Assembly: GCF_000143415.4 (NCBI RefSeq) | Contig: NW_003314292.1 | Span: 1,061,498 to 1,125,497, forward strand | Origin: Selaginella moellendorffii | Taxonomy: Eukaryota; Plantae; Lycopodiophyta | Length of the DNA stretch: 64,000 nt | Direction of reading: 5' to 3' | Part shown: in pieces, positions 24,100 through 37,764 of the stretch | Numbering within the stretch: the stretch's first letter is position 1 | How the letters are laid out: each line of letters begins with the position of its first letter | Notes under the pieces: model-generated | Told to the model about the DNA's origin: nothing | What the model saw: only the letters and a program-made list of their open reading frames with translations | The model's database searches: none | Translations under genes and position numbers: made by a program

Positions 24100-25933
24100 T
24101 AGCAGCCTCGTCCGGATTCTCAAGGTTGACGAAGCCGAAACACTTCGACTTTCCATCGAAGTCCCCGGAGTACTCCTCTAAAGTACGTTGTCATGATTTT
24201 TATCTTTTTCGTTGCTGTCTTAGGTAAAGGTCCAATCTTAGAGGATTTCCCCATCTCTTAGGATCGACTATGAAGCTGGGTGGCGTGGCTGGGGCGGGAG
24301 GAGTGATGGGCATGGAGGACTGTGTGGTTTGTGTCGATGGCACCCCGGGTGACTGTAGGCGTCTGCCGTGTGCGATGGCGTATACATGGTGCCTGGCTGC
24401 CTGGCGGGCTTACGAGGAGTCTCCAGGAGGCATCTTGAGAGAAAAGGCGGAGGAGGATCTGCGGGAGTCGCACGCAGTGGCAATTTGTTGTGTGGCTGGA
24501 CACTTTATGGGTTCTTGCCTCGGCTCCATGTTCGTCACTGACAACGAGCTCTTCAAGCTCGTTGCTCTCCTCTACTTGTCTCGCCGTCTCCAGCATTCCA
24601 GCCGCTTCAAGGATTGTGCCCGTTATCTGGACGGGAGTGGCTGTGATGGCCCCAAGCTTCGTGCTTTCTCTGAGTTTGGTACCTCCCTCGGGATGAAACT
24701 GGCAGAGCGTGACCCGAAGCAGCGCCTCACTCATTGTCTGGACGAACTCTGGGGTGAGTCAAATTCTTCTCTTGTTCATCCGATTCGTCTGCTTTCTCAT
24801 TGCAGGTGACTGGCGCTCTGTTTTGGACAGCATCTTGCACACGGATTTCGTCTTCCTGATGCCTCCTCGCCATGAAGTAATCTTGTAAACTCACTTGCAT
24901 TTATTATTGCCACCTTTCATGACCCATAGGGCCCTGCAACCAGCTTGTTGCTGAAGCAACTTCGAAAGCATATCAAGGCTCTCAAAGGCACTCCCAAGAA
25001 GCGGCCGTTATGCAAAGTGAGGGACAAGGTAGCCTCTCATTACGAAGCCGAATTGGGCCGCAATTGGAGCGCGTCATACAGGCTCCATACTCAAAATGCG
25101 TCAAGGGAGTACATTTGGGGCAGGGACATTGGAGCGACTTGTGGATTACCGTATCCCAATGACGCCGAAGAATGGTCCAGGTATGGTTTTCTCACTGTCG
25201 GCCAAGCCGTGGAACTCCTCAAGGCTGCCAAGGACAACCAGCTCTTGGAGGCCCTGGTCATGGAGCCGCCTCCAAACTCCGTGCTCATTTCCAACATCAT
25301 GGCAATCCTCGACTGCACTGAGCATGCCCGGCTATGGTTGGCGAAGTCGAAGCTCCCAGTCTACTACAACTTCCCGCATCTGACATGTAAGTCATTCCTT
25401 CCATTCATCTTTCCTTCCGCCAGGTACCGCTCACTGCAATCGCAGATGCCAAGCTTCGGGATGAGGAATCAACCTCCACTCTTTCTCAAGAGTGTAAATT
25501 GGCACTAGAGTCTCCCCTGGGTTTTGCAGCGCGCATTCCGTCACCTGTGGAGAAGTTTCTGAGGCGTTTGGCTATCGATGCAAACGGGTAAACAAAAATC
25601 ACACAAACTGGCATTGGCTAAACCGTGCTTGTGTTGTACAGAGAGTTGCTTGATGACGAGGATGTCTCTGGCTGGTTTGCCGTGCTGCCGGAGGGCTTCA
25701 ACTCAGGCAAGATTCTTCTTCGCCGTCTCCAGATACCGAGAGGTGTGGGAAACGACCTCCAAGACAAGGACTGGCTTCGTCAGGTGTCTCACACAGTCAC
25801 CCTGCTATCGAAGTGTGAGCCGCTCGACAAGCTCAGGTATATTCTACGCAGCAATGTATCGCCCAAGGAACACGTCTCCGACTTTGTGCGCACAGCACAA
25901 GGCACGTCCGAAATAGACTGGCCTGAGTGTTAG
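24100..25933 (+). CDS. Multi-exon hypothetical protein (unrecognised; may be a pseudogene)
   Basis: GC-rich open frames 24270-24753, 24806-24877, 24930-25387 and ~25640-25933 separated by short GT-AG introns; no family recognised; start uncertain. Confidence 0.45.
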
Positions 25934-28830
25934 TGTGCTGCATCGTAGAATACGCAGAATCTACCTTGATGTTCCGGATTCCCCGCTAGATAAAATATTG
26001 AACTAAGAAGATCCAGAGTCTAGAGCATTCCATTACATATCCCCGAGTCTCTGACGAAGGAATCATCTTGAGAAGAGAAGGCCAGCGTTCACAACCACCT
26101 TTCGGCCTAGTGCTTTCAGATCCTTGCCGCCGCCGCCCACCAGGATTTCTCCCCGGGGCTCGCCCCAGGTATTGCTGGATGTCCGCCGCATCTTGCATCG
26201 TGCACAGCGGCGAGCTTGATCACGCTCCGGGGACTCGTGGAGCATCGTATCGGACCTCGCGCTCAAGCGGCTGGTCGCCAGGAGGTCGGTCTCTCGCCTT
26301 CACCTCGCAAGCGAGCGTCCGTGGAGGGCCGGCGCACTCCGAGCATGCAACTGGGGGATATTGTTGTAGGTTTTAGAGTTATTGAACTGATTGAACCATA
26401 AAATCATTACTGCTCATAAACCAATTGAAATCTCTTGTTAGGTCTATTTAAAAGAGCAAGAGTATAAAACCAAGGCTCAGGCTATTTTGTTGCATTTTTT
26501 TTTTTCTAAAACATGTTTTTGTTCATCTACTGATTTTGATTTTGAGCAGTTTTCCTTCTCAGATCTATGAAATGAATGGCGTCGTCTATCGTCAGAATTG
26601 GGAGGCAGGGCATTCTTCTATATCATGGTAGCAGTTTTTTTACTGAACCATATTGTTGCAACGCTTTAGGTATTTTGGATCCAATCTTAAGTTTTGGACT
26701 GTTCTTGGGCTACAAGATACCCACCTTGGCTGAGCAAAGTAAAGCTGGACCCATCTGGAACTGGTGGACTTTACACTCCCAGAGTGGCTCGGGGAAGCAC
26801 GCTTGATCATGGAAGAACACTAGGAGATTCATCTGCCAGAAGAGCTCTACCGCCACCTTAGATAAATCCGCACTAAGTCGTGAGCATCGTGAGATTATGA
26901 GGATGAGAAAGAGGCTGACATGAGCAAACAAAGATAAAAAATTCACCTATGATCTTAACCACGTTTTTTTTCCAGGCCTTCCACTTTGGCTGCAAGTTGA
27001 ATTATCTTTGGTCTAAAGAAGAAAAGGTTCAAACTGAGAATCTAACCACAGATACCCGGATATCATGTTTTCCATGGGTCTTGTAAAAGACTTTGAGGCT
27101 GATCATTAAATCATAATAAAGCTATATAAAATAAAATCGTTATATACAGTGACTATAATAGATGTGTTTATATTACTATCTTACTACCATATTGCCAGCG
27201 AGCTAATTTTATATCTAGTTGCTTTTGACAAGCCTAATGAGGCTCACCTAAACACATTGTCGAATGTTAGTATATTTGTTTTAACTAGCAGAAGATGAGG
27301 TAAAGTAGACATATGGATCACAAAAGCTCACTACTTATATATTGATTTGCTTAAGCAACTTTGTAAGTGGTAGTGGATATTCCAGATATATCTTAGGATA
27401 TTCTAGAAATACTATCATCATGATGTTAATAAATTATAAACATATTTATAATTTATAAAATTTCTTAAACTTGGTGTAATATTCTATATTTATTCTTTTC
27501 ATTTTTTTTTCGCAATATAAATCCTTGCTCAAAGAAAAGTTGAGTTTAAGAAGAGTATCTTATCATCTCTCTTGTATTTTTTTTTTTCATTATCTATCTT
27601 CTTAATCCAGAACATGTCTTACAAATCTCACACTATCATCCTAAGAGCTCTTTCTTTGCTTTTATTCTGGATCATCCACGAAAAAAAGAGGAGGATTTTT
27701 CTTTGACACATCCAACTGCATTGTGAGAGAATTGATTGAGTCAGGAATTCTCCTTGTTGTAGGCTCTATAGGCCTTCCTCTCCCCCTGGCACCTTTTCTT
27801 TCTTGGATCTCTAGAAACAAAAATCACTTGTTCTTTGTTTTGTATGCAATGAACTGTTGACATTGGCATCCTTTGTCTCACAGAGTTATGAGAGGTTTCA
27901 TAGCTCCCTTAGCACAGCCTCATGGGAAAGTTGTCAAGTGAGCTTAACTTGAGTCAATGGAAGTATAAATTGATACCAACAATCAAAACAAGAACGAAAA
28001 ACTTGACACCACCAGATTCAGCACTTATGCTGTCAAAAGACAGGAACTTTGCAGCAAACACGATCCTTGTCTTGCTCTACTGCATCTGACTTTGGAGAAT
28101 CAGGCTATGACATCTTTGCAGTCTCTTCTCTATAAGTATCGCTATAACTCTCCCAAATCATTGTAAGAATCCTGGTGATTATCCCTATAGAAGTGTTTCT
28201 TTGTGAAGCTTTAGGATGTGCTAGTTTCCTCCAAAACAAGTAGTTTCTTGTCATGATGGTCTCCTGAGCAGCAATTTTAAAATTATCACCAGACTGATGA
28301 TGGAACAATTGCTGCATTATGTCACTACCAACTGCCAAAGTTGCTGTTTACTGCCTCTCTCCCTTGAAAACCTCAATGGTCTGGAAAAATTGACATACTC
28401 CATTCCTATATGGACAACATTGTGGTGAGAAAAGAACGAAGTCCAATCTATGAGTGTCTTTTTTTGTACCAAAATAAAAATAAAAATGAAATGTTATCCA
28501 CTTTCTTTATGTATTTATATCCTGTTTTACATCTTCTTGTTAATCTTGTTGTTGCACTTGTTCCTTCTAAAATATTGATCCTCCTTGCGCTGATCTTCTC
28601 TCCTAGAGGAGATTCATAAGCAAGAGTATAATTCAGAGAATCACTAACATCACTGCTGAAAACATTGCTCCCTTCTCAAAGAAGAGCAATATAACCCACA
28701 AAAGAAAAACAAAGAAAACTACACCACTTTTCATGCTGATTGGAATATGCAATCAAAATTCAAACCCAATGATTGTTAGGGCCAGTGTCTAGGTCTCGCC
28801 GAGCGGTAAGAGTTATCGACCGATTCAAGC

Positions 28831-30293
28831 ATGGCTTCTTCACGCATTTCGATCCTATCAGCTCGGTTACCGTCCACAAATCTCAATGTAGGTGGAGCTT
28901 CTCCGATCAAATCAACTATTGCCTTTTTCTTTCTCTCGCAGGGCTCTCATCAAAGTTTGGGAGCGGCAACGATGGACCTTCTTCCAGCGCTTCATAATCA
29001 CTGTAAGAACAGGAGCGCTACTCTTTTAAGATGTTCCAGAGCTGCTGCTGCTACCAACGGAAACTCGGCAGTTTTGATGCAAAAGAAGAAGGAAGAAAAA
29101 GACGACGAGAAGATCGATCACTCGCCCCGGCATCTCTTTCAGTATCCAGATGGGCCATCGCAAGCAACGTTTTTTCGATTTGACGATGTGGAAGAAGTTT
29201 CTTCGGCGCTGGCCGAGTATATCGTCCAAGTTTCGAATGAGGCTATCAAGCAGCGAGGTAAGTTCACTTTCGTGCTCTCGGGTGGTTCCATAGTGAAGGT
29301 AACTGAAAGTTTCCTCTTCATCTTCTTCGTTTTTCGTTTTTAATTTTGTTGTGAATGATTTTCTTGCATCCAGGCTTTGCGATTTCTCGCGGAAGGCCCC
29401 GTTTTTCACAGCATTGCTTGGGACAAATGGCATGTTTTCTGGGTGGACGAACGAGTGGTCCCTTTGAACCACGAAGATAGTAATTACAAGCTCGCCAAGG
29501 TGAATGAATTGTGTGCTTTTTTGCACGTTTTTTTTTCCTCTCTGATTTTATTTTTCTACAGGACGAGTTTTTGTCCAAGGTGCCAATTCCTCACGAACAA
29601 ATTCATGCAATCCAGAATTTCCACGATGAAAAGGCTGCGGCCCATGCATACGAGTCAAAGCTAAGGTCGTTTCTCTATCTTTTGTTCTTTAGTTCTTCAA
29701 TGGAAATGGCCTGGACAGGGAGCTTGTGAGGAAGAAAGTGATCACAACGAAAACCGCCAAGAAGTTCCCACGCTTCGACTTTGTAAGTTCGCTCTTTCGC
29801 TGCTCTCCTTCTCAGCTAAATTCAAGATGATATTTCACAGGTACTCTTGGGACTTGGTCCAGATGGCCATGTCGCCTCGCTATTTCCAAATCGTCCATCG
29901 CTAGCTGAAGAAAAGCTATGGGTGCTTCCAATATCCAACTCTCCAAAGCCTCCATCGAAACGAATCACAATGACACTTCCATGCATCAACGCTGCCGAGC
30001 ATGTAAGTGGTGACGAGGAGATCTTCCAGATTTCTTTCTTTCTTTTTTTTTTTTCTTCTCTACAGGTTGCGTTTGTGGCCTTGGGCTCTGGAAAAGCTCA
30101 TGTTCTTCACAGAGTTCTCGAAAGACCAGCACTCCCAGGCTCGTTACCAGCTCAAATGGTTAGAGTAGACGATGGAAACTTGGTGTGGTTTGCCGACCAA
30201 GGCGCCACTTCGGAGCTCCACCTGGAGAATTGGAACAACGCAAAGCAGTTCCCCTTCTTCGATTTCAAGCAACCCGCGAGCGTTTCAAGCTAA
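28831..30293 (+). CDS. PGL: 6-phosphogluconolactonase (plastid-type, spliced)
   Basis: [49 protein letters not shown] and [13 protein letters not shown] motifs; transit-peptide-like N-terminus. Confidence 0.95.
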
Positions 30294-30506
30294 GTCGAAA
30301 ACTTTCCTTTCTTCATCCAACGCAATAAAACTGTTCGTGCTAGAGAAGCTCTCCCGAGTTAAAAGAGTGAAGGAATTCACATCGGCTTCCAACTTCATCC
30401 TAAAGTGGCTAGAAGATGAAAGAAAATACAAGTTGTGTGTATATTCATTCGTAGCTTGGCGACTTTGTCTTCGCTGCTCCTGTGAGATCTCTTCTCGTCG
30501 TCGTCG

Positions 30507-32124
30507 TCAAGCAGGCAGAGGCTCGCTGGTTTCCGGTTCTGGTGCCTCTGCCGACGAGACTGCTGATGGACCACTTGTGGGAATGAAGGACTTCACTGCT
30601 GGAGTGACACCACCGGGGGCGATTGCACGGTTGACAGCAGGAGCAGGCTCGGGACTGGGTGCTGGAGCTGGAGTAGTCGCCGAAGGAGCCATGATAATCT
30701 TCTTTTCTTTGATGATGTGTAGCACCTTGTTTGCTTCGTCGATGAAGGCTTCGTATCCCTCTATGTTCCGGATGACTATATCGATCTGTGAGAGGCATAA
30801 GATAAGCCAGCTTCTTCTCATAAGGAGTATAAAAGAGATATCTACCTGTAGGAAACCTTCACAGTTTGCCTTCAACGTTCTCAAAGCTACCTCTGCTCCT
30901 TCCGAGTAGGGGTATCTGCAGTAGCAAGTTTTCTTAAGCTAAAAACGCCTTGAAACTCTATAAACATACCCATAGATTCGGCACGAAAGTGGAGGAAACG
31001 CCAAGTACTTCAAGTTTTCTCTCCTGGCGACGAGAAGAGCAGCCCTGGAAACAAAGACATTTGGTCACATCCAGCAAGATAATATTGAAGAGGAGAGATA
31101 GTTACTTGTAGGCTTTCTCAAGGTAAGGATCCGACTCTCTCACGTTGGTCGTCTCGTCTTTCTTATAGACTGGTCCAACAGTGTGGATGACACGAGCTAC
31201 AGGCAAGTTGAAAGCTCTGCAAGACATCTATGCCTGTCAAGTTCGCTTGAAAAGAAAAACTAGCAGACCTGGTGCTGATAGCATCTCCAACCTCGGCCTT
31301 GATGCCTTGCGGAGCAACATCGGGCAGCCTCTGAGTAGCGTCCAAAAGTCTCGATCCAGCAGCTTTAAACAAAACTGGACCAAGAAGAAACCAAGTTACG
31401 AGAGGAAAACAAAGCTTTCGCTTTCATACCGGCATTCACAGCAGGTCCGGTGTTGAGCCTCTTGTTGCCGGGAGCAATCTATAACAAAACCACATAAAAA
31501 CATCAAAAGGAGAAGGAGAGAAAAAAGAATGGTACGTACCACAGCATCATACTTGCCATCGACATGCCACTTCGAGAGATCTCCAAAGTAAATGGTAGTG
31601 AAGCAAGTCTCAGACATCTTATAGTGGACGCGCTGGAGGAGCTCGGTTGGCGCTGGAGGAGGAGTGAGCCACTCCATGACTTTGGACTTCTGCTTGGTCG
31701 GATCGTAGGGTCTTGGGGTTCCTGGCTTTGGCCGCGGAGTTCCTGGAAGCCCAGGAATCTGTGTCCCCGGAAAGTTAAGTCCCAAAGCTCCAGTGAATCC
31801 CGGGGACATGGTGGGAGGCTTTGCGCAAGTCGATTGCTTCTCGATCGGCGCCACCGGAGCCACGGACGATGCTCGTCCCGGCGGCTTGGCCTCGGCGTTG
31901 CTGCTCTCGGAATCGACTGGCGGCGGAGGTGGCGGCGGCTGCCTGGTGCGATTATCCGTTGGAGGCTGGCTGACCCTCTTTGGCACCGCTGGAGTCGACG
32001 ATGGCAGTGGAAATTCGCGACTGGCGCTCGTCTGGAAGGCACGGGCAGCGCCGGAGAGGAGATAGACGCTGCTACCGCTGCCGCCATGGCCGACTCTTCG
32101 CCGGAGCGCCTGCATTGCCTGCAT
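30507..32124 (-). CDS. Macrodomain (Appr-1-p processing family) protein with long Pro-rich N-terminus
   Basis: GDLSKWHVDGKYDAV, LFKAAG, AFNLPVARVIHTVGPVY and LAFPPLSCRIYGYP across GT-AG introns; start codon approximate. Confidence 0.87.
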
Positions 32125-32377
32125 TGGAAGGGATTTCCTGCAAGGGATGCGCGGTAGAACCCTAGCGCTGGACAGAGAAAAGCTAACCCTAGCTGGACGC
32201 GCTGCCGCCTGGGATGCGCTGCAAGCCGCCTTGGAAGAGAACACGCAGCACCGGAAGAACCCTAAACCCTCAGGGTATGGGGGAGGGTTTATGTGTCAGC
32301 CGTCCGATCAAAAGCATATTCTCCTGGGAGAGATATTTTACCGTTTAGGGTTTTTGGGGAGAAAATCGATCGGAGGG

Positions 32378-35206
32378 ATGAAGAATGCGTCCTCGTCTTC
32401 TCTCCGCTACTGCTGGCGGCATCGGATTTCCTCGCGGCATTCTTCGTTTGTAGGTTGGAGTAGAGTAGGATTGCTCGATTCTTGCGTCAATCGCCGGTTT
32501 TTGAGGCGCGGGAGCTTCGTCCGGCAAGCGAACGCTGGATTCTCCTGGCGGGATAACCAGGCATTCGCGGAGAGGCGAGCTTATGCGACATCGGCCAAGA
32601 TCAAGCACGGCTTCGTTTGCGAGAATTGTGGGACGATTCACGCGAAGTGGCATGGATTTTGCAACCAGTGTCGGCAGGCCAATAGCTTGAAGGAGTTTAC
32701 AAATGTAGTGAGTAGTGGGAGCAGTGGAGGAGGAGGAGGAGCTGGGGCGAGGGCAGTGGAAGGAGTGGGATTGGCCGATAGAGCCAGTGCCAATGGTGGG
32801 ATTGTAGAGTTTGGAAAGAGGATGAATAGGCCTTACTTGGGAGCCAAGGCCGAGCTCAAGCCTCAACGCTTGGCCGAGATCACAGCGTCGAAAAACCACT
32901 TGCATTGGCGGCTGTCACTGTAAGTTTCACTCCTTTCTAGCTGGTTTTGGAAGTTTCTTAATGGATTCTTCCACAGGCCTGGGAAGACGGGCTCGGAGAT
33001 AGCCAGAGTTCTTGGAGGAGGTCTTGTTCCAGGTTGATTGAATTACCCTATCATTCAGTCTTTTCTTATGCTTACATCCTCCATATATTTGCAGGCTCTC
33101 TGATTCTCGTCAGTGGTGATCCTGGAGTTGGCAAAAGCACGTTGCTCTTGCAGGTTTGTGCTGGAATTTTTTTTGTCTCGCTCGAATGCATGTATTTTAA
33201 CAGAAGTATCCCAGTTGGCGGAGATTGTCTCAGTTGGGGCCGATGAAGCAGCTCCGGTCCTCTACATCTCTGGGGAGGAGGTAATAAATTTCAAAGTCGG
33301 ATCTTTAAACATCAAGTCTTGCTTTTTGTTCATTGTAGAGCGTTGAGCAAATCGGAAACAGAGCGGAGCGGCTAAAAATTGAGTCCAACGAGATTTTTAT
33401 CCTGTCTGCTACAGATCTTGATGTAAGCTGTGTCGAGCTTTCAACTTTTATGACATGGTGGGTCTTGCAGGTTGTTCTTACGTGGATTCAAGAAATTGTT
33501 CCGCGTGCTGTTGTGCTAGATTCTATCCAGACAGTCTATCTACCAGATGCTTCTGGAAGTGCAGGAAGTATTTCTCAGGTACGCGAAAAAGCCTGAGCAT
33601 TTATTTAATCTCTTGCTTATACCAAGTAAGAGTTTTTCAGGTCAGAGAATGCACTTCGGCTTTGCTACGGGTAGCGAAGAAGACAAACACTGCCATTTTT
33701 CTGGTGGGTATGTATGCTGGAATTTCTACCTGATAGACCATAACTATTGGCGATATAAAGATTGGGCATGTAACGAAATCTGGAGAAATAGCGGGGCCAC
33801 GTACATTGGAGCACATGGTTGATGTTTGTCTTCACTTGGAGGTAAGAGGTTTTTATCTTTGTTCGTTTGAGGTTGCCATATATTTCTTGTCTCTAGGGAG
33901 ACCGTCTTTTGTCTCAGCGGCTTCTAAGATCACTAAAAAATCGCTTCGGTTCTACGAAAGAGGTGACTGTCTTCCAGCATTTGCTTTTAAATTGAATCTC
34001 GCTGTTTTATCTTTATTACAGGTCGGCGTGTTTGAGATGGTCGACAACGGTTTACGAGCGGTAGAAAATCCCAGTTTGATGTTTCTTTCTGATAGAACTG
34101 GGGAGGACAGTAATGCATCAGCCACCGTTGGGGTGGCTTTGGAAGGATCTCGGCCGCTGCTGGTTGAAATCCAGGTAAGCGACTTCTAGGATTTACGTTG
34201 GATGATGATACTTTTAGCCAAATCTGAGCGTTGTCTGGCTGCTCTAGCTTTCCAGGTTCAACGAGAGACCGGTGGTAGATTCTTTGGAATTTCCCGAGTT
34301 TCGAGTGAGCTGGACTGCCAAGAACAGTTTTTCTGACTTGCCGTGATCTGACTTTAAAACCGAGAAGCGTATCTGACAACGATCAAAAGCTAAAGTTTTC
34401 TCCGGCATAAACGCGCGTTTTGCAGGCCTTATGCTCTCCTGCCACTTCACTGCCAAGTAAAAGAACGTTCACTGGAGTGGATCCATCTCGATTCAATCTG
34501 ATTGTTGCCGTAAGTCACTCCATAAATATTCTCCACTTTTGTGAGGCTTGACGCTGTGATGCCAGGTCTTACTCAAACAAGCGCGCTTGAGACTTGCAAG
34601 ACAGGTGCGTTCTGTACTTTGTGATAGCAAAAGTTCTTATGCTGAAAGACTGGTCTAGGATATTTTTGTTAATGTCGTTGGAGGCTTTCGTTTGGAAGAG
34701 CCCGCCACAGATATTGCTGTTGCCGTCGCTATTGCCAGCAGGTACTTTCTCTCGACTAGCTGGGCATACCAACTCACGAGCTTCGTCTTGCTTGCAGCTA
34801 TATAGAAAGGCCGGTTCCTCGGGACACAGTCTTCGTTGGTGAGCTAGGACTCGGGGGAGAGCTGCGCTTTGTAAGTTGTTACGTGGTTTCTCACTTTTCA
34901 ATGCTGGAAATTCCGTCCATGCAGGTAGCTCAACTCGAAAGGCGACTGTTTGAGGCATCCAAGCTGGGTTTCAAGAAATGCATCGTCCCACAGGGTGCTA
35001 AAGGAGTCAAGGTGGACGGGATGGAGCTTATTCTTTGCTCGAGCCTCAAGGACGTTCTAGAGAAAGTCTTCAACTACAAGAGCCTGCCCCAGCAGCGAAA
35101 GAGTGGAGCCACGGTTCATTTGGATGCGTTTCCGGAAGAAGACGGGGTGTGTGGTGAGGTCCAAGTCGGTCAGGACGCTCTTGACGATGATCTTGCTAAT
35201 GGGTAA
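32378..35206 (+). CDS. RADA: DNA repair protein RadA/Sms, organellar type
   Basis: C4 zinc finger FVCENCG..WHGFCNQC, Walker A GDPGVGKSTLLLQ, DSIQT, KNRFG motif and Lon-like C-terminus (EASKLGFKKCIVP); many short introns. Confidence 0.95.
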
Positions 35207-35392
35207 TCGTAAAGTTTTAATCTCACAGGTGTACATATAATTTAGCAGCTTATACGAATTTTAAATGTTCCAAGGCTAGATCTAGCAATATGATTGGCGG
35301 TCTTGATTGTTCTCTTATCCTCAACAGGCATCACCCAGAAGAGCGTGGAGGATCTGTGATTGTCTCCTACATCATTGCTTTAAAGTCAGTCA

Positions 35393-35560
35393 AGGATGGA
35401 TTGTCCTCACCTGCCTCTCCTTGGATCAAGCTCCATTTCCAATGAAAGATTCACTCTTCTTCTTGTGGCTCAATCCTCTACATGCCACTGGTTCCAAGCA
35501 GCCACTCCAGCATAGCTCTGCATGACGAGGAAGGGGATCACACAAGCACTATCCAAAGGT
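35393..35560 (+). pseudogene. Decayed copy of the 5' end of the ABCC gene
   Basis: ATGGATTGTCCTC...TCCTTGGATCAAGCTCCATTTCCAATG...TGGCTCAATCCTCT matches the reverse complement of ~53620-53830, with deletions. Confidence 0.85.
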
Positions 35561-36145
35561 CTTGTTCCTAATAATGTAAAATACATTAACTTTGTTTAGT
35601 TTCATATAAAAATAAGAAATTAAAGAAAACATTATTTTAATTAAGATTATAGTTAAAATTATTCCTCCACAAAAAATTTTTAAAACCATTTTTATAAAAT
35701 GTTATTACTGTTTTTAAAATTGCAAATACTATGCATTTTAAGAAAAATACATTATTTAAAATAATTAGATTTGGGAGGTCATCAAAGTTTAGTACTATTC
35801 AAATCCAAGGACATTTAACTTTAAACATCCCAAAACCTTTAACCGATTGGAAAAAAAAGTAATCATGGGCTCTTTTCTTCTATATTTGAATTTTTATAGA
35901 TTGTCTTTTAAATCATTTCTTTTGGTTACTTACAATCTATTACACTTCCCTACAAGTTTATGCCCTCATAAACAGAAACTAAGATTTGCAACTTTAATGA
36001 AAGCCACACTCCCTTGACACCTTACCTTTCAGGTCGAGTTTAGCTGAAACAAATTATACCAACCAAATATCAATTAACATGTGGTGTGATTCTCTTAACC
36101 AACCAACAAAAGTCAATTCAAAAGTTCAAAAATAAGGAAAGACAG

Positions 36146-37676
36146 TTACATGATCTCCAAGGCAGTAAACCTCGAACCAGTAGTAGCAAAACGTATTTCC
36201 GAAAAAAGAAAAGTCAAAAGCTCTAAACACCCCTTTGCCTTACCCTGGTGTATCTGACCTCCAACAGGAATTACGATAGCATCATTCTTTCCGTCCACAA
36301 ACCACTCTAGTATGTCCCCACGTTTAATCACAAACTTGCAAGAGCTGACTTTACAAACAAGCTTGAGGTCCTTTCCCTGATCAAAAGCCACTATATCTAT
36401 TCGGGAAAACAAAAAAAAGAAGAGAGGTAAATTTAAAGCATTATTACCTTGAGGTCCATCAGCCTTATGCAGGGGTCCCTGGGACGTCGGGGCTCGCAAG
36501 AGGTAACGGGTTTGGGTACTTGAGGGTTCCCATTGACTGAGAACAGTAATATCGTTATATAGCTATAACTAGTTTACTGTACGTACCTAGGGGGCGCAAA
36601 CCATGGGGTCTAACACCATATAACTCTACCATCTCTTCTTCGTCTTCAGACTCAGATTCATCGGGAGGATCGGAATATATATCGATTGGGCCTTCCTCTT
36701 TGTCCTCTGCGGCACTGTGTAGCTGTCCACTCACCTCTTGAGTCATTCCAGAGGCCACTTTCTGTCGCAGCAGCTCTCCAACGGGAACTACTGCGAATGT
36801 CCTGCATTCATCGGTCCCTACATCGGCAATCTGGCAGCAAGCTTCCTCGAGGCCCTGTACTAGTTCGCGCGTTACAAGCTGGTTTGCGGATCGAAACTAT
36901 AGAATACTCACAAGTGCGTCAATCCGAGTGGTGAAAACGCTAGTATAATCGCTATCCATGTGACACTCTAGGTGTCTTGATGCAACAATAAGATAGGAGT
37001 CTGCTGTAGTCAGCCGCTCCTGCGTGCACAAGCTTCCAGAATAACAAATTTCAACAAAAGGGTAGTAGAAAGGTAGACTGCTGCTTTGAGGGGGACTAGC
37101 ATTTTTGAGACGGTAGAGAGAACTTGGACGGGTCAGCCTCTCGTCCTTCCCACTTCGGCACAGTATCACCGATGCAAGGGCCTCGCCAAACACATACACA
37201 TGTGCGTCTCCAAGCACCACCACCAAGGACCTGGTTTGGGCACACCAATCCTATAACCAAAACCAAACCAAACATTCACAGAAACAGAAGTAATCAGACA
37301 GGAAGAGAGATTACCACATACCCAGCAATCTGATGTTCCCACCAGAGCCCGCAGCTCGTAATTCATGCTGCAAAAGAACCGCGTCTTTTTAAAAAGTACA
37401 ACGCACATATTCTTACTTTCTGAATGCGAGCTCCAAAGCTTGTGGCGTACCGCACGTTGACAGCTCCAGAGATGCTCGAATGTGATCCATGAGTCGATAT
37501 CGGCGTAACTTGAGAAGTTCGAGATGTACAGAATACAGTTGCGTATCTCTTACGTCCGGGTAAGCTGCATGGAAAATCACCACAACGCGCTCCTGCACTC
37601 TCCCTATCTCTGCCAAGCACACCACACAACTAGTCATATCCTGGGCCGGCTCGACCATCACTGCCTCCATCGCCAT
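36146..37676 (-). pseudogene. Unresolved spliced locus ending in an N-terminal macrodomain fragment
   Basis: FVIKRGDILEWFVDGKNDAIV (~36270-36340) resembles the start of the macrodomain at 31.6 kb; the rest of the domain is not found; upstream exons unrecognised. Confidence 0.45.
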
Positions 37677-37764
37677 CTGTTGGGTTAGGGCTATTGATTA
37701 AATACCCTAAAACCCTGAAATTAGGGTTCTTCGTCTGGGGCCGTCCTCCATACCCTTTTGGGTA

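Noticed and set aside
26500-28700. Exon-like scraps
   Set aside because: No consistent frame or recognisable motif.
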